Source: an uncultured Eubacteriales bacterium (GTDB lineage: Bacteria > Bacillota > Clostridia > Oscillospirales > Oscillospiraceae). Taken from it: 62,146 nucleotides of DNA. The notes beneath the pieces were generated by a model. That model did no database searches. It was given only the letters and a program-made list of their open reading frames with translations, and was not told the DNA's origin. Shown here in pieces: positions 38,705-47,525 of the stretch; position 1 is the stretch's first letter; each line of letters begins with the position of its first letter. The DNA lies in contig URLT01000001.1 of the NCBI GenBank assembly GCA_900548795.1, positions 1 through 62,146 on the forward strand, read 5' to 3'. The translations under genes and the position numbers were made by a program.

Positions 38705-40083
38705 TTTTTGCGGTGAAAAATGCCCTTGCGCGACTGGCCTTCTTTCGGGAGAATCAGGTTCAGCAGAACGGCCATGAGCGTTGCAATGACGACCGGGGAC
38801 TTGCCGATGATCATCGTCACGCTCTCGGGAAGCTGACCCAGCGCGCCGCTGGCCTGAGACACGCCGACGCCGAGCGCGGCGGAGAGGCCGACGATGGTCG
38901 TGTTGCGGGCGGAAAGCTCCTGCGAGGCAATGAGCTTCATGCCGGTCATGGCAATCGTGGAGAAGACCGTGACCGTCGCGCCGCCGAGCACGCACTGCGG
39001 AATGGTTCTCAAAATGGCGGAGAATTTCGGAATGATGCCCGCCAGCAGCAAAAATGCGCTGGTCAGCGTGAAGACGGTGCGGTTGATGACCTTATTGGTC
39101 GAGGTGATGCCGACGTTCTGGGAATAGGTCGCCGTCGGCAGGCCGCCGACCAGCGCCGTCAGAATGTTGCCCACGCCGTAGGCAAGGATGCCGCCCTGCA
39201 GCTCGCGATCCTCCGGCTCACGCCCCATTCCGCCAACTGTGACGGCGGTGAAATCGCCGATGGCTTGGATCGAGTTGATCGCGAAGAGCAGCCCCAGCGC
39301 GATGCAGCTCGACAGATCGAAGTGGATGCCGAAATGCAGCGGCTTCGGCATGGAGAACCATGCAGCGTCGGAGACGCCGGAGAAATCCACCATGCCGCAG
39401 CAAAGGGCGACCAGATAGCCAAACACCATGCCCAGAAGGATGGAGGCGAGCTTGCAGATGCCCTTGCCGTATTGATTGAGGAGAATGACGGCGGCCAGCG
39501 TCAGAGCGGCGATCAGCCAGTTCTGCCAGGAGCCATAGACCAGAGCGCTCGTCAGTCCCTTTGAGGCGATCAGCTCGGCGGTATTCGCCGTGCCGCCGGC
39601 CATATAGTTGATGGCCGTGGGATAGAGCGAAAGACCGATCGTAAAGACCACGGTGCCGGTGATGACCGGCGGGAAGAGCTTGCGGATCTGCTTGGTGAAC
39701 AGGCCGACGACCACGGCGACCGCGCCGCCGACCAAAACTGCGCCCGAGATTGCGGCAATGCCGCCCCCGGCCGTTGCAATGGCCTGCATACTGGGCAGAT
39801 AGGCAAAGCTGACGCCCAAAATGACGGGCAGGCCGGAGCCGAAGCGCTTGCCGAGCGGGAAGAGCTGCAGGAGCGTGCAGATGGCGGACATGACGAGCGA
39901 TGTCTGGATCAGCAACACGCTGTCCGAGGCGTCCAGACCGACGGCTTGGGAGATGATGATGGCCGGCGTGACGCAGCCGACGATCATAGCGACGAGGTGC
40001 TCCAGAGCGAGCGAGACGGCAGAGCCGAGCGGTGGCCTGCCATGAAGCTGATAAAGCGCTTCACGGGTGGGGGTACTGCGCAT
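38695..40083 (-). CDS. NCS2/NAT nucleobase (xanthine/uracil/purine) permease
   Basis: LEHLVAM, GLPVILGVSF, FPPVITG, signature TYSQNVGITSTNKVINR. Confidence 0.93.
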   Translation of the reverse strand: MRSTPTREALYQLHGRPPLGSAVSLALEHLVAMIVGCVTPAIIISQAVGLDASDSVLLIQTSLVMSAICTLLQLFPLGKRFGSGLPVILGVSFAYLPSMQAIATAGGGIAAISGAVLVGGAVAVVVGLFTKQIRKLFPPVITGTVVFTIGLSLYPTAINYMAGGTANTAELIASKGLTSALVYGSWQNWLIAALTLAAVILLNQYGKGICKLASILLGMVFGYLVALCCGMVDFSGVSDAAWFSMPKPLHFGIHFDLSSCIALGLLFAINSIQAIGDFTAVTVGGMGREPEDRELQGGILAYGVGNILTALVGGLPTATYSQNVGITSTNKVINRTVFTLTSAFLLLAGIIPKFSAILRTIPQCVLGGATVTVFSTIAMTGMKLIASQELSARNTTIVGLSAALGVGVSQASGALGQLPESVTMIIGKSPVVIATLMAVLLNLILPKEGQSRKGIFHRKKDT

Positions 40084-40249
40084 GTTCATGTCTCCTTTAT
40101 TCTGTTTTTCTGCTTTCCGGGGACGCACATGGCGGAAAAGAACGGAGACCGCCTGCGCCCTTCCATATTCTTATTGTAACACGAATTGCGGCAAACGCAA
40201 GTGCTTTCTTTTGAAAAAAACGACAGGTGCGGCTTCCGAAAAATTCCGC

Positions 40250-40303
40250 TTGCAATTTATGAATCGATCCGCTATAATGATTCTATCAGGAACGAACCGT
40301 TCC
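40250..40303 (+). promoter_or_regulatory. SigA promoter plus palindromic operator upstream of the Y-family polymerase
   Basis: TTGCAA-17 nt-TATAAT; GGAACG-AAC-CGTTCC at 40289-40303. Confidence 0.65.
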
Positions 40304-40322
40304 ATAAAGAGGGGGCGAAACC

Positions 40323-41828
40323 ATGGGGGAGCGGAGCTATCTGGCGATCGATCTGAAGTCGTTTTTCGCCTCGGCGGAGTGCGTCGCGCGGGGACTCGAC
40401 CCGCTCACGACCAACCTCGTCGTTGCCGACGCCTCCCGCACGGAGAAGACCATTTGCCTTGCCGTGACGCCGTCGCTCAAGGCCTTCGGCATTTCCGGCC
40501 GTGCGCGGCTGTTCGAGGTCGTGCAGAGGGTGCGCGAGGTCAACGTTTTGCGCCGCGCCCGTGCGCCGGGGAGAGCATTTGCGGGGAAGTCCTGCTTTGC
40601 GCCGGAGCTGCGCAGTGACCTGTCGCTCGAGCTGGATTATATCATTGCGCCGCCGAAAATGGCGCGGTATATCGACGTCAGCACGCGGGTCTATCAGACC
40701 TATCTGAAATACGTCGCGCCCGAGGACATCCACGTCTATTCCATCGACGAGGTGTTCATCGATGCGACGGCCTACCTCAAGACCTACGGCCTGACGGCGC
40801 GGGAGCTGGCCAAGCGGATGATCGCGGATGTTTTGCGCACCACGGGCATCACGGCCACGGCCGGGATCGGGACGAATCTCTATCTCTGCAAGATCGCCAT
40901 GGACATTCTGGCCAAGCGCACCGAGCCGGACGAAAACGGCGTGCGCATCGCCGAGCTCGACGAGCACGGCTACCGGCGGCAGCTCTGGGAGCATCGCCCG
41001 CTGACGGATTTTTGGCGGCTCGGGCCGGGCTATGCGCGAAAGCTCGAGGCCGCCGGTATGCACACGATGGGCGACATTGCCGCGCGTTCGGAATGGGACG
41101 AGGAATGGTTTTACCGCGCCTTCGGTGTCAATGCGGGTCTGCTGATCGACCATGCGTGGGGTGTTGAGCTTTGCACCCTCGGCGACATTCAGGCTTATCG
41201 CCCGGAGGCGAGCAGCCTCGGCGCAGGGCAGGTGCTGCACTGTCCGTATCCGAATGACAAGGCGCGGCTGATCGTCTGGGAGATGACGGAGCAGCTTGCG
41301 CTCGAGCTGGTGGAAAAACGTCTCGTGACCGATCAGCTTGTGCTGTCGGTTGGCTATGACATTGAAAATTTGAGCGCTCCGGCCGCGCGCGCGGCCTATC
41401 GTGGGGCGGTCGTGCGGGATCATTACGGCCGCTGTGTGCCGAAGCACGCCCACGGCACGGAGGGTCTCGGCCGGCAGACGGCCTCGGCGCGCCTGATGAC
41501 GGCGGCAATACTGCGCCTGTTTGACCGCATCACCGACCCGAAGCTGCTGGTGCGCCGGGTGAACATCACTGCCAACCACGTTTTGCCCGAACGCCTCGCT
41601 GAGGCACGGGAGGAGGCGGTGCAGCTCGACCTGTTCAGCACGCCGCAGGAGCAGCAGCGCCGCGCTGCGCAGGAGGAGGCGGAGCTGCTGCGCGAGAAGC
41701 GGCGGCAGCAGACCGTCGTTGCGCTTCGGCAGCGCTATGGGAAAAACGCGATCCTGAGAGGCAGCAACTTCCTTGACGGCGCGACCATGCGCGAGCGCAA
41801 CGGCCAGATCGGAGGGCACAGGGCATGA
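40323..41828 (+). CDS. Y-family (UmuC/UvrX-like) translesion DNA polymerase
   Basis: IDLKSFFASAEC, YSIDEVFID, GIGTNLYLCKIAMD, QLDLF clamp motif, C-terminal QIGGHRA. Confidence 0.92.
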   Translation: MGERSYLAIDLKSFFASAECVARGLDPLTTNLVVADASRTEKTICLAVTPSLKAFGISGRARLFEVVQRVREVNVLRRARAPGRAFAGKSCFAPELRSDLSLELDYIIAPPKMARYIDVSTRVYQTYLKYVAPEDIHVYSIDEVFIDATAYLKTYGLTARELAKRMIADVLRTTGITATAGIGTNLYLCKIAMDILAKRTEPDENGVRIAELDEHGYRRQLWEHRPLTDFWRLGPGYARKLEAAGMHTMGDIAARSEWDEEWFYRAFGVNAGLLIDHAWGVELCTLGDIQAYRPEASSLGAGQVLHCPYPNDKARLIVWEMTEQLALELVEKRLVTDQLVLSVGYDIENLSAPAARAAYRGAVVRDHYGRCVPKHAHGTEGLGRQTASARLMTAAILRLFDRITDPKLLVRRVNITANHVLPERLAEAREEAVQLDLFSTPQEQQRRAAQEEAELLREKRRQQTVVALRQRYGKNAILRGSNFLDGATMRERNGQIGGHRA

Positions 41829-42229
41829 ACCGAAAATATGCTGCGATTCTGGAGCATGAGCGCCGGTATTCCGGCAGGCATCCGCCTATGCCGAACCGCG
41901 AACGCGCAGCGCAGTTTGCACCCTTTTCAGCGCTGAGCGGTTACGAGGATGCCGTGCGGGAAACGGCGCGGCTGACCGACGCGCAGACGGAGCTTTCTGA
42001 AAGCGCGGCGGAGGAGTTGGATAAAAAGCTCCGGCTTCTGCTGGAGGCGATCCCAGAGAGGCCGGAGGTGCGCGTGTGTTATTTTGAGCCGGATGAGCGG
42101 AAGGCGGGCGGGGCATATCGCCTAAAAACGGGCTGCCTGAGACAGATCGACACGGTCACGGGCGAGCTGCGCTTTGTCGACGGGAGCCGCATTCCGCTCG
42201 ACCGCGTGCGGGAGATCGTGCGGGTCTAG
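41825..42229 (+). CDS. YolD-like accessory protein
   Basis: HPPMPNRERAAQFAPFSALSG; ATGA overlap with the polymerase. Confidence 0.82.
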   Translation: MNRKYAAILEHERRYSGRHPPMPNRERAAQFAPFSALSGYEDAVRETARLTDAQTELSESAAEELDKKLRLLLEAIPERPEVRVCYFEPDERKAGGAYRLKTGCLRQIDTVTGELRFVDGSRIPLDRVREIVRV

Positions 42230-43018
42230 GGAACCTCTGATTTAATCCGCCCTACCAAAGAGCTTCCGGATATGGTATAATAACCCCATCAAAGCAACGG
42301 TGGTGCAGGCAATGAAGCAAGAAACATTTACAGACATCGAGTACAGCTGCCGCAAGAAGAAAACGAAGCGGGAAGAGTTTCTGGAGATCATGGACGAAAT
42401 CATTCCTTGGTCGGGATGAAATGCCACATCGGCGTGGATGCAGGCAGTGGGCTTGTGCATACCATGACGGTCACGGTGGCAAATACACATGACATCACGC
42501 AGGCAGCCGCGTTGATTCGCGAAGACGATGAAGTGGTGTATGGGGATGCCGGGTATCTGGGAATCCAAAAGCGTTCCGAAATAACCAGCGATGCGCATTT
42601 ATCCAGCATAGATTACCGCATGAACCGCCGTCCCGGAAAGCTGCCTCATGTATCTGACAACGCAATTGACTGGGAACGGTATATTGAGAACCGCAAATCC
42701 TCGGTGCGCTGTAAAGTGGAACACGCATTTCGAATTATTAAGTGTCATTTTGGTTATAAAAAGACAGCATATCGCGGCTTGAAGAAAAACGAGAATCGGC
42801 TGTACGCGATGTTCGCCTGCGCCAACCTATACGTCCTTGCGATCGCCGGGCGAAAACTCTCCACGACCTGATATAGGGGCAGTCTGCCCTTTTTCGGGAA
42901 ATGGAGCAAAAAAGGAACGCTATGGTGGCTATTTTGCACCCAAATCGCCTTAACTAAGCCCAAAAGCGGCGAATACCCCGAATGGGGACAGAATTAAACC
43001 GATTTAATCAGAGGTTCC
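42230..43018 (+). mobile_element. IS5-family insertion sequence, internally deleted
   Basis: TIRs GGAACCTCTGATTTAATC and GATTTAATCAGAGGTTCC; flanks CTAG and TTAA. Confidence 0.9.
42312..42871 (+). pseudogene. IS5 transposase pseudogene
   Basis: N-terminus MKQETFTDIEYSCRKKKTKREEFLEIMDEIIPW joined out of frame at about 42410 to GMKCHIGVD...YGDAGY...RCKVEHAF...YRGLKKN; the central part is missing. Confidence 0.9.
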
Positions 43019-43106
43019 TTAAATAAGCATGGTGTCAGTGAAAAATTTGTTGTTCCGTCCATCGGAAGATACGGCGCCGGTGGACTCCATTGGGAGATAT
43101 AATAAG

Positions 43107-43135
43107 AAAAAAGTAGGGCAATGCCCTACTTTTTT
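43107..43135. terminator. Bidirectional intrinsic terminator
   Basis: AAAAAAGTAGGGC-AAT-GCCCTACTTTTTT. Confidence 0.8.
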
Positions 43136-43190
43136 GTCTTCAAAGAGATAAAGCTCTATGCAATATTATTATACAACATCAGGCGTTTTG

Positions 43191-43922
43191 CTACTGCCTA
43201 CGCATCTGTCGGTAGAACAGCAGCACGGCGAGCAGCGAAATGCCGACGCCGTAGCCGAGCACCCACCACAGATGCCCGAGCAGCGCGGGAAGGTCACCCG
43301 CCAGCGCCGCCTGTTCGAGCTTGACGGCGTGCACGAAGGGGAGCGCGTAGGCGATCCTGCGGAACGTGCCGCCGACCAGCTCGAGGTCGAACCAGATGCC
43401 TGAGAGCCACGCCGAGAGGTTGGTCAGCAGCGCGCCGCAGACGCCGCCGACCTGCTTGACGTTGAATACGCTGCCGCAGAGCAACCCGAGCGCGATATAG
43501 ACGAGGGAGGTCGGCAGGATGAACAGCAGGGCATAGAGCATCCCGATGCGCGGCTGCATCCCGAGCGGAAGCGCCGCAAGATAACACGCCGCGTCCTGCG
43601 CCAGCGCAAGCGGGAAGATGGGCAGGGCATAGCCGAGCACAAAATCCGCGGCGGTCAGCGGCGTGGTGTAAAGCCGCTGCAGCAGCGCCGTCTCGCGGTC
43701 GCGGGCAATGAGCGTCGCGGAAAACAGGGTCAGGAAGGACAGCCCGAAGACCGTCAGCCCGGGGACGAGCCGGTCAAGCTCGAACAGGGCAACGGGAATA
43801 TTGGACTGGATCGCCGAGAGCAAAAGCAGCAGCGCCAGCGGAAAGCCCAGACCGAAGAGCAGCGCCAGCGGGTCGCGCAGGATCTCCTTCGCCGTGCGCG
43901 CGGAAAACCCCCATAGTCTCAT
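43191..43922 (-). CDS. ABC-2 type exporter permease
   Basis: RTAKEILRDP, DRETALLQRLYTTP, LSGIWF, LPFVHAV; about six hydrophobic segments. Confidence 0.9.
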   Translation of the reverse strand: MRLWGFSARTAKEILRDPLALLFGLGFPLALLLLLSAIQSNIPVALFELDRLVPGLTVFGLSFLTLFSATLIARDRETALLQRLYTTPLTAADFVLGYALPIFPLALAQDAACYLAALPLGMQPRIGMLYALLFILPTSLVYIALGLLCGSVFNVKQVGGVCGALLTNLSAWLSGIWFDLELVGGTFRRIAYALPFVHAVKLEQAALAGDLPALLGHLWWVLGYGVGISLLAVLLFYRQMRRQ

Positions 43923-44647
43923 TGCTTCACCTCCCCCGCAAGCCGGATGAACGCGTCCTCGAATCGCTCCGAGCCGGTCAGCCGCTTCAGCTCCTCGGCT
44001 GTGCCGAGGCCGGACAGGCGGCCGTGCTTCAGGATGCCGATGCGGTCGGAAAGCGCCTCGGCTTCCTCCATGTAGTGTGTCGTCAGGATCACCGTGACCC
44101 GCCCCTTGAGGGAGCGGATGACGCCCCAAAGCTCGCTGCGCGCGATCACGTCCAGCCCCAGCGTCGGCTCGTCGAGAAACAGGATCTTCGGCTCGCCAAT
44201 GAGCGCCATGGCAATGCTCAAGCGTCGCTGCCAGCCGCCGGAGAGCGTTCCGGCTCTGCGCCGCAGCACCGGTGTCAGCCCCAGCGCCTCGGCCAGCTCG
44301 GCCGTCCTTTGGCGTCGCTGCGCGCTCGAAAGACCGTGCGCGCAGCCCATGAGCTCCAAATTCTCCGCCGCGTTCAGCTTCGGCGCGACCGCCGTCTCCT
44401 GCGGCGATACGCCGATGAGCCGCTTTCCGGCCGACGGCTCGGAGGAGACACTGTGCCCGAACAGGCGAGCGTCGCCCGAGGTCGGCCGCGTCAGGCAGGT
44501 GAGCAGCTTGAGCGTCGTGGTCTTTCCCGCGCCGTTCACGCCCAAAAGAGAGAACAGCTCGCCCTCGTGCACGCTAAGCGTCAGGTGGTCGACTGCCGTG
44601 ACCTCGCCGTATCGCTTGGTCAGATCGATCGCTTCAATGGCCTGCAT
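43919..44647 (-). CDS. ABC exporter ATP-binding protein
   Basis: GVNGAGKTT, LSGGWQRR, FLDEPT, TTHYMEE. Confidence 0.93.
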   Translation of the reverse strand: MQAIEAIDLTKRYGEVTAVDHLTLSVHEGELFSLLGVNGAGKTTTLKLLTCLTRPTSGDARLFGHSVSSEPSAGKRLIGVSPQETAVAPKLNAAENLELMGCAHGLSSAQRRQRTAELAEALGLTPVLRRRAGTLSGGWQRRLSIAMALIGEPKILFLDEPTLGLDVIARSELWGVIRSLKGRVTVILTTHYMEEAEALSDRIGILKHGRLSGLGTAEELKRLTGSERFEDAFIRLAGEVKQ

Positions 44648-45209
44648 ATGCATTCTCCTCCTCATAGCGCCGCTTCAGCCCGAGATAAAAGTCCGAGAGC
44701 ATCCGGCTGACCTGTTCGTCCGGCCAATCCAGATAGGACGTGGCCAGCATCGTGGCGATGCCGTGGACGCACACCCACATTTCAAGGTGAAAGCGCCGCG
44801 CCTCGTCCTCGGAAATGCCGAGATTTTTTTGCAGGATCGTCAGCAGGGGACGGATGTCCTCCTGCGGCTCCGGGCGCTCGTTTGACCGGTCGCGCATGAA
44901 CAGCAGCCGGAACAGCTCCGGCTCTTCCCGCGCGAAGCGGGTGTAGGCCATGCCGCTGGCCTTAAAGGGCGGAAATTCGCCGCTTGTCATGGCTTCGTCA
45001 ATGCGGCGCTGATAGATCGCACAGGCGGCGTCGCGCACTGCGCGCTGCACCTCGTCCATGCTCTCAAAAAGGCCGAAGATCGGCTTGGACGATGAGCCGA
45101 GCGCCTTGGCAAGACCGCGCGCCGTGACGGCGGCGCTCCCGCGCGTGCGCGTCAGCTCCAGTGCTGCGGCGATCATGTCCTCGCGAGTGAAGCGATTTTT
45201 TCGGGGCAT
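44634..45209 (-). CDS. TetR/AcrR family regulator (WHG-type C-terminus)
   Basis: AVTARGLAKALGSSSKPIFGLF HTH; FAREEPELFRLLF; WVCVHG. Confidence 0.9.
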   Translation of the reverse strand: MPRKNRFTREDMIAAALELTRTRGSAAVTARGLAKALGSSSKPIFGLFESMDEVQRAVRDAACAIYQRRIDEAMTSGEFPPFKASGMAYTRFAREEPELFRLLFMRDRSNERPEPQEDIRPLLTILQKNLGISEDEARRFHLEMWVCVHGIATMLATSYLDWPDEQVSRMLSDFYLGLKRRYEEENAYAGH

Positions 45210-45471
45210 ATGGCATTCCTCCCGTTGTGTATGTCTCGATCATAGCACAACTGACGTTGCGCTACGTTTGTTGCTTTATTTTATCCGACGGCGGGACGAT
45301 TGTCAAGCCCATAGACGAAAAAATGCCAAAAAGGGGAGCCGCCGGCGGGCGGCCCTTGAAGCTGCCCGGTTCAACAAAAGCCTCCGCAGCTCAGGCAAAG
45401 ACGATTCTTCCGTAGTCTCGCTCGTATGAGCGGGATTTTTGGCTTGTTTTTCCCGAAATTACAAAAAAAGA

Positions 45472-45545
45472 TTGCAATTTACAGAAAAAGATAGTATACT
45501 TGTTATGAAGTGGAGCGAAGTGGAAGCTTTTAGAGCAAAATGGAA
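45472..45545 (+). promoter_or_regulatory. dcw promoter with MraZ-binding direct repeats
   Basis: TTGCAA-17 nt-TATACT; GTGGAG/GTGGAA/TTAGAG/ATGGAA at 10-bp spacing from 45510. Confidence 0.75.
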
Positions 45546-45557
45546 GGAGCTGAGGAG

Positions 45558-45974
45558 ATGTTCGGCCAATATCGTCATGCGCTCGACCCCAAGGGGCGGC
45601 TGTTCGTCCCGGCGAAGCTGCGCGAGGAATTGGGCAGCGCCTTCTATGTTGCCAAGGCGCCCGACGCCTGCCTGACGGTCTATCCCGAGGCGGAATGGCA
45701 ACGGGTGCTCGACCACTGCAACGCGCTTCCGGCGTCGAAGGCGCGCAGTATGCGCGTGTTTTTCGCCAACGTTGTGAAGTGCGAGCCGGATAAGCAGGGG
45801 CGCTTTCTCCTGCCGGAGTCCTTCCGCGCCTATGCCGGGATCACGCAGGAGGCGGTCTTCCTCGGACAGGCCGGGCGCGCGGAGATCTGGTCGGCGGAGC
45901 GCTATGAGGCGGAGGAGCAGAAGTATCTGACGCCCGAAGCGCTGGCTGCCGTGATGGAGGAGCTGGGCTTTTGA
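45558..45974 (+). CDS. mraZ: Transcriptional regulator MraZ
   Basis: LDPKGRLFVPAKLR, DKQGRFLLP, EIWS. Confidence 0.95.
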   Translation: MFGQYRHALDPKGRLFVPAKLREELGSAFYVAKAPDACLTVYPEAEWQRVLDHCNALPASKARSMRVFFANVVKCEPDKQGRFLLPESFRAYAGITQEAVFLGQAGRAEIWSAERYEAEEQKYLTPEALAAVMEELGF

Positions 45975-46909
45975 TGGAATTCCAACATAAATCCGTCCTG
46001 CTGGACGAGTGCATCGAGGCGCTGAGCATCCGGCCGGACGGGGTCTACCTCGACGGTACCCTCGGCGGCGCCGGACATTCCTATGAGATCTGCCGCCGCC
46101 TGACGACCGGACGCCTGATCGGCGTCGATCGCGACGCGGTCGCGCTGCGCGCGGCGCAGGAGCGGCTGAAGCCCTTTGCAGACCGCGTGACGACCGTGCA
46201 CAGCAATTTTTGCCGGATCAACGAGATTTTGGACGGCTTGGGTCTGGACGGCGTGGACGGGATGCTCTTTGACCTCGGCGTCTCCTCGCCCCAGCTTGAC
46301 GACGCGTCGCGCGGCTTTTCTTACATGGCCGATGCGCCGCTGGATATGCGGATGAATCGCGACGAGACGCTCACGGCGGCCGTCGTGGTCAACGAATGGC
46401 CGCAGGAGGAGCTGCGCCGCATCCTCTATGAATACGGCGAGGAGCGCTATGCGCCGCAGATCGCCGCGGCGCTTGTCCGCCGTCGGCAGCAGCGCCCGAT
46501 CGAAACCACGCTCGAGCTGGTCGACGTGATTCGCTCGGCCATGCCGCCGCAGGCTCTGCGCGAAAAGCAGCACCCTGCAAAGCGAAGCTTTCAGGCCATT
46601 CGCATCGCCGTCAACGACGAGCTGAATTCCGTCAGCCGGCTGATGCACGATGCCGTCGATCGCCTGAACCCCGGCGGGCGGCTGGCTGTTATCACCTTTC
46701 ATTCGCTGGAGGATCGCATCGTGAAAAACGCGATGCAGGCGGCTGCCCGAGGCTGCACGTGCCCGCCGGAATTTCCGGTCTGCATCTGCGGGAAAAAGCC
46801 GAAGGTGCGCGTGCTCACGCGCAAGCCCATCGTCTCCGGCGCACGGGAGCTGGAGGAAAACCCCCGCGCCCGCAGCGCAAAGCTGCGCGTGGCGGAAAAA
46901 CTCCGATAA
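45974..46909 (+). CDS. rsmH: 16S rRNA m4C1402 methyltransferase
   Basis: HKSVLL, DGTLGGAGHS, DLGVSSPQLD, FHSLEDRIVK, NPRARSAKLR. Confidence 0.97.
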   Translation: MEFQHKSVLLDECIEALSIRPDGVYLDGTLGGAGHSYEICRRLTTGRLIGVDRDAVALRAAQERLKPFADRVTTVHSNFCRINEILDGLGLDGVDGMLFDLGVSSPQLDDASRGFSYMADAPLDMRMNRDETLTAAVVVNEWPQEELRRILYEYGEERYAPQIAAALVRRRQQRPIETTLELVDVIRSAMPPQALREKQHPAKRSFQAIRIAVNDELNSVSRLMHDAVDRLNPGGRLAVITFHSLEDRIVKNAMQAAARGCTCPPEFPVCICGKKPKVRVLTRKPIVSGARELEENPRARSAKLRVAEKLR

Positions 46910-46930
46910 AATACGGAAGGAGGACGCGAG

Positions 46931-47443
46931 ATGAACCCCTATCGCAGTGAAGGCAGCTCCGCCGTGGATCTTTATGCCGCGCGGAAGCGTTCGCCGCGTC
47001 CTCCTGCGAAAAAGCCGGAGCGTCTGCCGGACGTTCCGGCGAGGGAGAAGCCCGCGCAGAGAAAACGCGCGGCCGTCTCGCCCGTTGCGGCGCTGGGTGC
47101 CGCTGCGGCGCTGTTTCTGCTGTTTTTGGTCGTGTTCAGCTACGTCCGGCTGTATGAGCTGCAAAGCCGGGTCGGCGAGCTGAAGCAGGATATCTCCGAG
47201 CTGAGCGACACAAACGACGCGCTTCGCGCGCAGTATGAGGCCGGCATCGATCTGCAGCAGGTCGAGCGGCGCGCGCGTGAGCTGGGCCTGCACGAGGCCA
47301 GCCCGCTGCAAAAGGTCTATGTCGAGGTCGCGCCCGCGGACACTGCGGAGGTCTATGCGCAGCCGACGGAGCGCAATGCGTTCGAGCGCATTTACGATGC
47401 GTTTCGCTTCCTGTTCGCCGATCTGAAGGCATATTTTTCCTGA
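46931..47443 (+). CDS. FtsL-like cell division protein
   Basis: One TM segment followed by a coiled coil and VERRARELGL; position in the dcw cluster. Confidence 0.75.
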   Translation: MNPYRSEGSSAVDLYAARKRSPRPPAKKPERLPDVPAREKPAQRKRAAVSPVAALGAAAALFLLFLVVFSYVRLYELQSRVGELKQDISELSDTNDALRAQYEAGIDLQQVERRARELGLHEASPLQKVYVEVAPADTAEVYAQPTERNAFERIYDAFRFLFADLKAYFS

Positions 47444-47525
47444 GAGGACACATATAGTTCATGGGCGGCACTTTTCGGACTGCCGCCCGATTTTATCGCT
47501 TGCGTGAGGAGGCGAGGTCGGCAAA

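Noticed and set aside
40323..41828. DNA methylase, a label often attached to this family
   Set aside because: The motifs are those of a Y-family polymerase; there are no methyltransferase motifs
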